The notes beneath the pieces are model-generated. The model was given only the letters and a program-made list of their open reading frames with translations, made no database searches and was not told the origin of the DNA. 64,000 nt of DNA, from the NCBI GenBank assembly GCA_964187785.1, contig OZ076413.1, positions 49,354,001-49,418,000 on the forward strand. The letters run 5' to 3'. Below, in pieces: positions 50,025 to 59,177 of this stretch. Position numbers and translations under genes: made by a program. Source of the DNA: Amphiscolops sp. MND2022. Taxonomy: Eukaryota. Positions within the stretch are counted from its first letter, which is position 1. Every line of letters begins with the position of its first letter.

Positions 50025-51917
50025 TGTCACTGCCCCGCATAAGCTGTGAGTATTGCAACATGTGTAACCCAGTCTTCAAAGAATAAATTGGGAAAAGAGA
50101 GGAAAGAACAAGAAAGAAACAACAAAGGGACAATTAGAAACAGAGGCGCTAAATTTGAAACAATTAAATAAATAAATATATATATTAATATTACTATATT
50201 AATGTACACTTATTTAAATACGTACTTACGAATAACGGAGCTAAAGTGCAGTTAATAATGTTAATAATATAGTGCTAATATCAATACTACGTAAAACACT
50301 CAACCTGACAAGCAGTCAATTAATTCTTGAACGGAACTGCGGCCTGGCGGCCGGCCTCAAATGCGCTCACTAAAGCGGTGGCCTGGCAGGCGGCCTGAGA
50401 TTTGTAAACCAATACACAAGCATTCCCTTACAGTGAATACATGTATACAAACTAATGGCTAATGCAGTGCTTCATCGACAGTGCAGTTTTGTATATATAC
50501 CAATAATCGAGATTCCCGCGCCAATTCATTGCAATATTTTGGACCGCGGCCTGAGACGCGGCCTGAGAATGAAAATACAGCGAACTGTCCGTAAAATTAG
50601 AAAGTGTCGATGCTAACATGTAACTTTGTTTCGAAATAACTCTAATAGCCATCACTGATGATCCTAAATAATACTGTTGATTGGAATATTACATATAATG
50701 TACTTTTACATGTAAATGGCGTCTAATCAGTAAATAAGCCTGAACCGTGGCCTGAGCCAAAGGCTCAATGTCAAAATGCAAACCAAGGGTTAATTGCATG
50801 CATATACCATTTTCTAAACACGTTACCGTTTAATTGCATTTATTATTCCATAAAATAATGTCTCTGATGCTGTGCACTGTTTATAATCACTGTATTTTGT
50901 TGAACCAATTTGTCCGTCCAGGACCATGGCCTGGGACCAGGCTTTGCCGTTTTATTTAAAACATCACCAAATACACCGTAGAAAAGATTCTACTCTCCCT
51001 TTTGCAGTTTATCATACTTTTTCCATTTAATTTCTCTCATTTCGTTGCTAATTTATTTTAATTAGAGAATATCTGTAAAAGGAATTTGACTGTCATCGTT
51101 TCCTCCCAAATTTAGTGCAGTTTGTTAACTTCGTTTGATGAGTCACAGCGTGTGTTTTTACTAGTTGTTCAGTTCGGCGTCTCGAAGAGGCGGGAGATTG
51201 GAGAGGAAGGAAAGCGAAGTCGCAACTCAGGCCGGAAGTGGACGCTTGCTTTCCCCGGGAAGCATGAACAAACTGAAAGCCTGAGTTCGACTAAGCGGAA
51301 CTGAATTTCCGGTTTCCCTGCCTCGGATGGACGCCGGGCTGAACGAAATGTGAAGTATGTGCGTGTCTTTTCCTTGCTTCCTCTATCGGAAGGTATAAAT
51401 ATGATGGGACCAAGAGGCCATATTTAGTTAAAATTTTGTTGTTTATCGCAAGCAATTGTCTTTTGTTGAAAATAATTGAAAGTTTCAAAACTTCAAATTT
51501 CTCTGCTCAAGATTCCACTTAGATTTCTTCTAAAGAAAATTGAGAACTTAAACTTGAACAAAATACCCGAGAGAAGCTCGAAAAGGAAAGCTAGGCGAGA
51601 TTCCCCAGTGAATTCAGTAGACGAACCTGAGTCCTCCAGCATGAGGACTGAGAATACCCCTTGCTTGTCTGACAAGGATTTCAACGAGTTATCCGAAAAG
51701 ATAGAAAGGTCCGTCAGCAAAAGAATTAAGGACACGGAAATCGGACAACGTGAGATTTTGAAAATGATAGAGAATCTAGCCTCCAAGATAGACACACTAG
51801 CAGAAAAACCGTCCTACAACGCACACCACGATCCCGATGATGAAGACTTGAAGAATACGTATTTTAGACCCGGAACAGTTGAACCGAATGATTTACGTCT
51901 AAATCACGGTCAACACA
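50025..51917 (+). repeat. 5' LTR of element B (~1893 bp)
   Basis: TG start defined by identity with 63654-64000; CA end inferred from the adjacent PBS by analogy with element A. Confidence 0.85.
51394..51401 (+). promoter_or_regulatory. Candidate LTR TATA box TATAAATA
   Basis: Consensus match ~170 nt upstream of the presumed gag start. Confidence 0.5.
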
Positions 51918-53050
51918 TGGTGACAGGAGTTACCACAACCCAGGACATACCCGCCCGGTCATCAAGTCTACCGCCGCCCAACATGAGATATCCAGACGAT
52001 ATCGTAGACAAACTACTCGAATCCTTAAAAAATGCCACACAACAGAACGCGGGATTGCCCAGACTACCAAAGGCACTCTCAACGACTATGCCAACGTTCG
52101 ACGGCCGCAATGACAAGTTCGAGCATTTCGAAGATCTGTTTATGACGAGCCTCAAAGTCTACCCAAACATCTCAGAAGAGGAGCAAATCCACTACTTCCA
52201 CTCCCTCCTGAGAGGCGATGCCCTCCAAACCTATCGCAACATGACAGATGCAAACCGCACCAGTCTAGATGACATCATCGCCACTTTTCGCAGACGGTAT
52301 GTACGCCCACAATCGATAGCTACAGCAAGATGTAAGTGGGAACAACTTTACTTTGACCCTACTCGCCAAACCTTCCAAGATTTCTTGGAGCAGTATCAAA
52401 AATTGGCACAGGAGGCATATGGCGACGACGCCCCAAAGTTCATAGAAACCTCATTCTATGCAAAAATGCCAGCCCATTTAAAACGAGTCCTCAACCAGGC
52501 AAGACTAGAGACAGAGTCGTACGACCTCATGGTCCAACACCTGGAACGCGAGATGGAGTTAAACGGACTCCTAGCCCCAAGCGAAACAAACATAACGGGA
52601 GTACACCAAATCGATGTACAAGACATTCCACAACAAACCGCCAATCCACCCAAACCGGCAGGCCCGTGCTTTGGATGTGGCCACTCAGGCCATGTAATAA
52701 AGAACTGCCGGAAAACAGCTCGGGAAGCCCGCAACCGAGGCAACCGGGTACCAACCAAAATCACAAATCCATGTGAAACCTGTGGCAAGAAAAGCCATAC
52801 GACCCAAGAGTGTTATTCCGGAGCCAACTGGGCAAATAGACCTCAATGGTGGAAGACACCTAAGACAACTCCCCCGAATAACATCCCGTTGCCACAAAAT
52901 GCCCAAGGTCAATACCCCTCGGACAACCCATCAACCCACCAGCAAACATACGAAAACCAAACACATAGCCAAACGGGCTACCCACCCATGCTCCCGCAGA
53001 CTACTCAACCCCAAAACTTAAGTCAGAACCTCAGCCACTCAAAAAACTAG
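51563..53050 (+). CDS. gag: Element B Gag (two CCHC knuckles); frame opens inside the LTR; start uncertain (ATA 51563, ATG 51641 or ATG 51917)
   Basis: CFGCGHSGHVIKNC and CETCGKKSHTTQEC; TFDGRNDKFEHFEDLF core is homologous to Gag A. Confidence 0.9.
   Translation: MPERSSKRKARRDSPVNSVDEPESSSMRTENTPCLSDKDFNELSEKIERSVSKRIKDTEIGQREILKMIENLASKIDTLAEKPSYNAHHDPDDEDLKNTYFRPGTVEPNDLRLNHGQHMVTGVTTTQDIPARSSSLPPPNMRYPDDIVDKLLESLKNATQQNAGLPRLPKALSTTMPTFDGRNDKFEHFEDLFMTSLKVYPNISEEEQIHYFHSLLRGDALQTYRNMTDANRTSLDDIIATFRRRYVRPQSIATARCKWEQLYFDPTRQTFQDFLEQYQKLAQEAYGDDAPKFIETSFYAKMPAHLKRVLNQARLETESYDLMVQHLEREMELNGLLAPSETNITGVHQIDVQDIPQQTANPPKPAGPCFGCGHSGHVIKNCRKTAREARNRGNRVPTKITNPCETCGKKSHTTQECYSGANWANRPQWWKTPKTTPPNNIPLPQNAQGQYPSDNPSTHQQTYENQTHSQTGYPPMLPQTTQPQNLSQNLSHSKN
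51918..51930 (+). promoter_or_regulatory. Primer-binding site TGGTGACAGGAGT (tRNA-Leu-like)
   Basis: Same sequence as the element A PBS. Confidence 0.8.
53041..53047 (+). promoter_or_regulatory. -1 frameshift heptamer A-AAA-AAC (element B)
   Basis: TCA AAA AAC TAG; the -1 frame reads KKLESPHLRFGETVEMRQY into pol. Confidence 0.85.
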
Positions 53051-56000
53051 AATCGCCACATCTTCGATTTGGGGAGACTGTCGAAATGCGACAGTACACA
53101 ACATCTGAACCCCCAAATTCATACGACAAAGAAGGAAACACTAAGCGAAATGAAGAACCATCTCTCGACTGGCAGCGAAGATGGCAGATCCATAAGCTCC
53201 ATAAATACAACCGTCGACACATCACAAAGAAGGACTACCCCCAGTGGTACCTCGACAACCCGACTGAGTACAATACTCCCAAACGACCCCTACCAGAAAG
53301 CACTACCCCTGAAACATACTTCCACGACTCGGACTTCAACTGCGACCCCTACTATAACCCTCAACTATACGACAAAACAACACTAACCTTCAAACACCAG
53401 GAATGCACGCCATTTGAAGAGTATATCAGAAAAACAGGGATGAACATTTCCACCGAGCCACGCCACAGGTCCAAAACCGTCCAACCCATCCCCAATTACG
53501 ACCAGGACGCGGAACATGTGACAGAGATCATAGTTGATCTCCCACAAGACAATCTCAGACCCATACTCAAAAACCAAGGATCACATGCCACTGCTCCCCA
53601 TTCTCCATCAAGGGAACAGTCAACAAACCCTATTAGAGCCGGTATTATCCGATCCCCAACAATGGACGTGGCACCAGATAGCCACCAACACAAAGACATC
53701 GCCCACAGGACCACGAACGAAGCCGTGGACCTAGCCCAAAATACACACAATCCGGAGACAATCACCTCCAAACCCACAACAAAATGCATCAAGAGATCCC
53801 TACTCTTGGAGCCACCAACTCTCAGCGAGACCCAGGTCTCACACCCCATCCTCAATAGCCAGCTAGAAGATGACACCGACTTTGATCGACACATCATAGC
53901 TGACGTAACCAACATGCAGTCTGGATCGCCCTCAGGTGCCGCAAACGGCGCACCACAACAGGACACTCCCAGGTCCTACCTCCCCCAGCAGACTGCAGAA
54001 TATCCGAGGAATAACGAAAGCCCAACCAGAGAAACCAACGTCTACCCCTCTCTCTCAAGCAGGCAGACCGAAAACGAAGTCGAGGACCCTCGACCCCTCA
54101 CCTCTGCCGCAACTAACACGCAATCTGGATTCCCCCCAGGTGTAGTAAACGACTCACCATCCCAGGACGAACCCCAGTCCTACCCCCTGGCCCAGATTGC
54201 GGAATTCCTCACGAGAGACCCCATCACCAAAGAAGAGTGCATACCGATCTTCTCAGCGGTATCACTTAAAAAGAAGAAGAAAATGCTCTTCGCACCCATG
54301 GATTTCCAGGACTTGACCCTGGACGCCCTCATCGATTCTGGCGCTCTCGTAAACTGCATCTCTGAAACAGATTACAACAAAATCATCCAAATGTCCCCCA
54401 AAGATGTAGTCAAAGAATTGGAACCTCCCCCCTTCAAACTTCAAGTCGCAAACGGCGACATTGAGACACCTACCAAAACAATCATCCTCCAATTCGAGAT
54501 CGGAGACTGGAATTTCAAAGAAACCTTTATCGTGGCCAAACGCCTGACTGGCCCGATACTTGGCCTTACATTCCTCAAAAACAATAGCGCAATCCTGGAC
54601 GTGAGCCAAGGCCTGTTACACTTCCCCCACCTCACATATTCAATCGAAACTGATGAATATACACGTAACAGGAAATTGTATAAAGTACAGATCAAGAATC
54701 CACTCACGATTCCCCCGGAAACAACACAAACAATCACGGGCTCCACAGACACACCATCAAACGTTGACACAACCGGTGTCATAAACCCAGCTACCAACCA
54801 TTGTAGTGGTGACCCCCTAGTAGTAGCCAGCTCCATCTCAACAGCTTCCAACAGGAAAATCGACATCAGAGTCACCAACACCACCCCTACACCTTTCACT
54901 ATTAAACGCAACACCACAATCGCCGAGTTCAAAATCCTGTCCCCGGAAGAGGCCAAAGAACTCAGACCACTGAACACAGCAGCACTTAAAGTGCTGACCG
55001 AAGACGACTCCGAAGAAGCGCTAGTGTACATCAATGAGCTTCTGAAAACCTCAGAAAAACCATCAAACAACCAAAACTTTTGGTTTCCTACACCGGACAA
55101 TCCTGGCGACCCTAGTACCCACACGCCGATTCAAAGCAGAATACTGAGGGAAATCAAGGAACTGGAAGAGATCCAGAAACTGGACCCCAATAACAATACT
55201 GAAGACCGAGAGGTATTCCTCAAAAACTTTAAATGGGATGATTCCCAGTTAACAGAAAATGACCAGAAAGACATTGAGGAAATCCTGATAGAGTTCAATG
55301 ACATTTTCGCGAGGCACCGACTAGACATCGGAATCAACCACGACTTTAAAATCAAGCTCACCCCAAAAACAGACGACCCCGTCTATTCACAGAGCTTGCC
55401 GTGCCCCATTAACCTGAAAGAGGATCTGACAGTCGAGTTGGCACTAATGCATTACTTCGGGATCATCACCACCCTCCCGTTCAGCAAGTATGCTAGTCCC
55501 ATCTTCGCCCAACGGAAACCAAATGGCCGCCTACGTCTCCTGGTTGACCTCAGGAAGATCAACAACCTAATCTCCGATGACTACATTAACAACAATCATC
55601 CCGTGAGCACATTGACCGTCGCAGCGCAACACCTCGCTGGCAAAAAGTTGTTCTGTAAGCTTGATTGTTCACAAGCTTACCACGTGCTGCAAATGGCAGA
55701 CCAGAAATCAGTGCAACTCCTAGCCTTCAACTTTGCCAGCAGGACATTTGCGTACCTCAGGCTAGCCCAGGGCCTGAGCCGCTCACTCTCGTCCTTCTCC
55801 AGTTTCATGAGGGAATATCTTGACAAAGCCATAAAGGCGGACAAATGCGCTCAGTACGTAGATGACATTGGAATCGCCACCAACACTCCCGAGGAGTTGA
55901 AGAACAACTTGAGAGAGGTCTTCCAATGCATCCGCGCTGCAGGACTCCGGCTCACCATGGCCAAATGTCAGTTCGGCGCCAAGGAAGTCGAATTCCTTGG

Positions 56001-58821
56001 GCGAACGATTTCCCCAGCAGGAGTGGCACCCCAGAGCCACAAGATCCAGAAACACCTCCAAACCATCAAATTCCCCCGAACGAAGAAGGGACTTCAAAGA
56101 TACATCGGGTTTGTAAACTACTACAGAAATTACATTCCCCGATTGTCAGAGAAAATCGCCCCGTTCCATGAACTGATCAAATCAGACAAACCGGTAAAGA
56201 TCGACCAAGACCTCATTTCCAACTTTGAAGACATCAACAAGTCACTGGACAACGCATGCGGCCTTTGGCTCAAACAGCCACTGCCAAACCGGCAGTACGT
56301 GCTAATGACAGACGCAAGCTTCAAGAACGCCGGATATGCCTTGATGACGGAAGAGGACCCCGAACAAAAGATCACCTCCACCAAGAAGACTTACGCTCCA
56401 GTGGCATTTGGATCAAAGACCTTTTCACCGTCCCAGCTGAAAATGTCGATCTACGCCAAAGAATTCTTGGCCATCTATTTTGCATTTATGGAATACAGCC
56501 ACATCTTGTGGGGTTCCTCCAAACCAACTATTGTCTTAACTGACAATAAATCGGTCACCAGGTTTTTTCAAACCAAGATGATTCCCCCCTCCCTCTGGAA
56601 TGCCTGCGATTTCGTATTACAATTTCACTTCAAGATCGCCCATGTGCCAGGAAGAATGAATACTGCAGCTGATTTCCTCTCCCGTCTCGACATCAGCCCC
56701 AAAGAAAAAGTCCTTCTCCAAATCAGAGAAGATATACAAACTACACCGATCCAGGTGAACATCCAATCTTCCGACATCCATGAGGAAGATCAATTCTATT
56801 TTTTACCAGAGGACGACTCAGAGACCGAAGAGGACATCTGGGAGCGGAAACAACAAGCCCGCAAACAGATCTATTCACCATATAAAAAAAGCACTGATCC
56901 AATGAACGAAACTGACCAAACCATCTCTCAACCTGAGAACCTACCCCTGGTCTGTAACAACATCCAAGACCCAGAACAGGAACAGCGGCGTCTACTACAC
57001 AATGACACTAGTTTCCCACGCAGTTTGAGACCACACCAAGACCAGGACCCCGTCCTTAGAAACCTCAAACTGAAAATCCTAAAAGAACCATATGACACCC
57101 AACTACTGAATGATGACCCCAGAGCAGCCAAGTACCTCACTCAGGACGACCGCATCATCATCAAGGATGGGCTCCTGTACAGACAATACTTTGGCGACAC
57201 AGGCAAAGTCAAATATCTGCAAGTATTGCTCCCCCAACAATTGGTCGATGAATTCATACAACACCACCATGGCAAATTCGGAAAACACCCAGGCATAGCC
57301 AAAACCATCCAGCAGTGCCGCGAAAAATATTACTTCCCAGGACTAGCCGCCCGCATAGCCACGCACATTACACAGTGTCCAGAATGTGCGCAGACGAAAA
57401 GGACCCCAAATGCCAACATCACACCTCCACTGATCGACATGTCTAAAGTAGCACTGGGCCCAGAAGACGCGCTACAAATGGACATCGTCCCGTTCGACGA
57501 CCCATCAGGAGGATATACCGCAGTCATTACAGCGATGGATGTATTCTCCCGATACCTTTTCGCTTATAGTGTCGCCAGGGTCGATACCAAGACTGTCACG
57601 CGGGTCCTCACAGATATCATAACAAGACACTGTTACCTTCCCACAACGATAATAACGGACAAAGGATCCCAGTTCATATCGGAGGCAATGCAACAAACAA
57701 CAGCTGTCCTTGGAATCCAACTGAAACATGCCACTACCAAACATGCCCAGACAATTGGCATACTGGAAAAGACGCACGCCTCCCTCAAAGAAAGCCTAAA
57801 GATCATGACAGGAGAGAGGCGAACGATGTGGCACCAATTTTTACCAATGGCGGTATTAAATTATAATACCTCATACCACACGTCACTGGGCTGTGAACCC
57901 AGCCGAGTTTTCCATGGAAGAGTACCATACAACGTACTTGACCTCAAATATGGCATCAAGCCACAGGCGTCCTCCACAATCAACCACGAAATAGCCGAGG
58001 GAGTGTTGAAGCAAACACAACAAATCCTCAACAACAGTCAACAAGCCCTGATGCAAGCTTACGTCCGACATAAACGCTATTATGACCGGAAAGCATCAGC
58101 TCACCCCTTAGTAGTAAACGACTACTGCTATGCTTTACATCCAAAGGCGCATAGCCAAGCGACGAAACTGCCGTTTAGAGAATACCTTTGGACGGGACCA
58201 TATATCGTGGTCAAAACTCTGCCTAACAATAATTACCTTATACGCAAGCTACAAACCAATTTCACCCAGATCCTGCACAGAATCAGACTCCGCCCCTTTG
58301 CAAGCAGCCAAAAACTGCCTGACATTACAGTTCCACCCAAAGATTACCAGCAGGATACTGAAGTAACAATTCAACACGACGACCTTTTTGCAAGGGCGTG
58401 GGAAGAGCTATACAACGAATGCCCACCCCAACCCGAAAATAAACAATCGCCCGAACCCGAGATCATACTGCCAACCCCAGTAACAGACAATGCCCCCACC
58501 CACCCTGAACCCCCAAGCCCTAACCTGGCATACGAACCCGAACCTACCCCAACCTACCCAAGTGATCAGGCACAGGACCCAACAGTCGACCTCGATGATA
58601 TACCCGAAGAAAACACAGATACACCTAAATCCCCCCGAAAATCCCAATACAATCTTCGAAGAAACCCGACGTCAAATTGGAAGCCCGATTACGCCTATTA
58701 CAATGCCTTAACAGCTAACTCAACAAGCCCGGCACAATCAACCGGTAGCCTGGACGACGACCCAGAATTTCAAGTTTTAGCAGACCTCGGCCCAGACGGC
58801 AGCCCGAGATCAGAAAATTAA
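53041..58821 (+). CDS. pol: Element B Pol, intact (PR, possible dUTPase-like spacer, RT, RNase H, integrase with GPY motif)
   Basis: LIDSGA, YVDD, TDAS/TDN/ADFLSR, HH..H..CPEC, QMDIV / TDKG / LEKTH, WTGPY, YNLR. Confidence 0.97.
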   Translation, partial: KKLESPHLRFGETVEMRQYTTSEPPNSYDKEGNTKRNEEPSLDWQRRWQIHKLHKYNRRHITKKDYPQWYLDNPTEYNTPKRPLPESTTPETYFHDSDFNCDPYYNPQLYDKTTLTFKHQECTPFEEYIRKTGMNISTEPRHRSKTVQPIPNYDQDAEHVTEIIVDLPQDNLRPILKNQGSHATAPHSPSREQSTNPIRAGIIRSPTMDVAPDSHQHKDIAHRTTNEAVDLAQNTHNPETITSKPTTKCIKRSLLLEPPTLSETQVSHPILNSQLEDDTDFDRHIIADVTNMQSGSPSGAANGAPQQDTPRSYLPQQTAEYPRNNESPTRETNVYPSLSSRQTENEVEDPRPLTSAATNTQSGFPPGVVNDSPSQDEPQSYPLAQIAEFLTRDPITKEECIPIFSAVSLKKKKKMLFAPMDFQDLTLDALIDSGALVNCISETDYNKIIQMSPKDVVKELEPPPFKLQVANGDIETPTKTIILQFEIGDWNFKETFIVAKRLTGPILGLTFLKNNSAILDVSQGLLHFPHLTYSIETDEYTRNRKLYKVQIKNPLTIPPETTQTITGSTDTPSNVDTTGVINPATNHCSGDPLVVASSISTASNRKIDIRVTNTTPTPFTIKRNTTIAEFKILSPEEAKELRPLNTAALKVLTEDDSEEALVYINELLKTSEKPSNNQNFWFPTPDNPGDPSTHTPIQSRILREIKELEEIQKLDPNNNTEDREVFLKNFKWDDSQLTENDQKDIEEILIEFNDIFARHRLDIGINHDFKIKLTPKTDDPVYSQSLPCPINLKEDLTVELALMHYFGIITTLPFSKYASPIFAQRKPNGRLRLLVDLRKINNLISDDYINNNHPVSTLTVAAQHLAGKKLFCKLDCSQAYHVLQMADQKSVQLLAFNFASRTFAYLRLAQGLSRSLSSFSSFMREYLDKAIKADKCAQYVDDIGIATNTPEELKNNLREVFQCIRAAGLRLTMAKCQFGAKEVEFLGRTISPAGVAPQSHKIQKHLQTIKFPRTKKGLQRYIGFVNYYRNYIPRLSEKIAPFHELIKSDKPVKIDQDLISNFEDINKSLDNACGLWLKQPLPNRQYVLMTDASFKNAGYALMTEEDPEQKITSTKKTYAPVAFGSKTFSPSQLKMSIYAKEFLAIYFAFMEYSHILWGSSKPTIVLTDNKSVTRFFQTKMIPPSLWNACDFVLQFHFKIAHVPGRMNTAADFLSRLDISPKEKVLLQIREDIQTTPIQVNIQSSDIHEEDQFYFLPEDDSETEEDIWERKQQARKQIYSPYKKSTDPMNETDQTISQPENLPLVCNNIQDPEQEQRRLLHNDTSFPRSLRPHQDQDPVLRNLKLKILKEPYDTQLLNDDPRAAKYLTQDDRIIIKDGLLYRQYFGDTGKVKYLQVLLPQQLVDEFIQHHHGKFGKHPGIAKTIQQCREKYYFPGLAARIATHITQCPECAQTKRTPNANITPPLIDMSKVALGPEDALQMDIVPFDDPSGGYTAVITAMDVFSRYLFAYSVARVDTKTVTRVLTDIITRHCYLPTTIITDKGSQFISEAMQQTTAVLGIQLKHATTKHAQTIGILEKTHASLKESLKIMTGERRTMWHQFLPMAVLNYNTSYHTSLGCEPSRVFHGRVPYNVLDLKYGIKPQASSTINHEIAEGVLKQTQQILNNSQQALMQAYVRHKRYYDRKASAHPLVVNDYCYALHPKAHSQATKLPFREYLWTGPYIVVKTLPNNNYLIRKLQTNFTQILHRIRLRPFASSQKLPDITVPPKDYQQDTEVTIQHDDLFARAWEELYNECPPQPENKQSPEPEIILPTPVTDNAPTHPEPPSPNLAYEPEPTPTYPSDQAQDPTVDLDDIPEENTDTPKSPRKSQYNLRRNPTSNWKPDYAYYNALTANSTSPAQSTGSLDDDPEFQVLADLGPDGSPRSEN

Positions 58822-59177
58822 TTAGCCCCAGGCACTGGCCTAGACAGCATCCCTACAAACTGAATCTCAAAATCTCTTCATTTCACAATGGCTTTCACTC
58901 AAACTACTATACTCTACGACTTGGATGAAAACAATTCGGAGGCTAAATACTGAATTAATTAGCCCAGGAAAGCACTGAGCTGCCTCAACTTCTCCTCTCT
59001 GTTTTTTTTCTGATTTTTTTCTTTGCCCTATAATACCAGAGCATATCATTCTGTGTATTTTGATTCACTACAAAGGAACCGACTTGCGGAACCGCTAATA
59101 CAAGCAACAAATAAATAAACAGTCTATATACAAGGAGTCAATCAATTCATCAGAAAAAGTTCAAAATCATCATGTCT

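Noticed and set aside
51918..51925. Alternative LTR B end at GTGACA (perfect inverted match to TGTCAC)
   Set aside because: The same sequence is demonstrably outside the LTR in element A, where it is the PBS; cannot be fully excluded without the 3' LTR end
53496..58647. Antisense and alternative-frame ORFs overlapping pol
   Set aside because: Expected shadow ORFs of a long coding region
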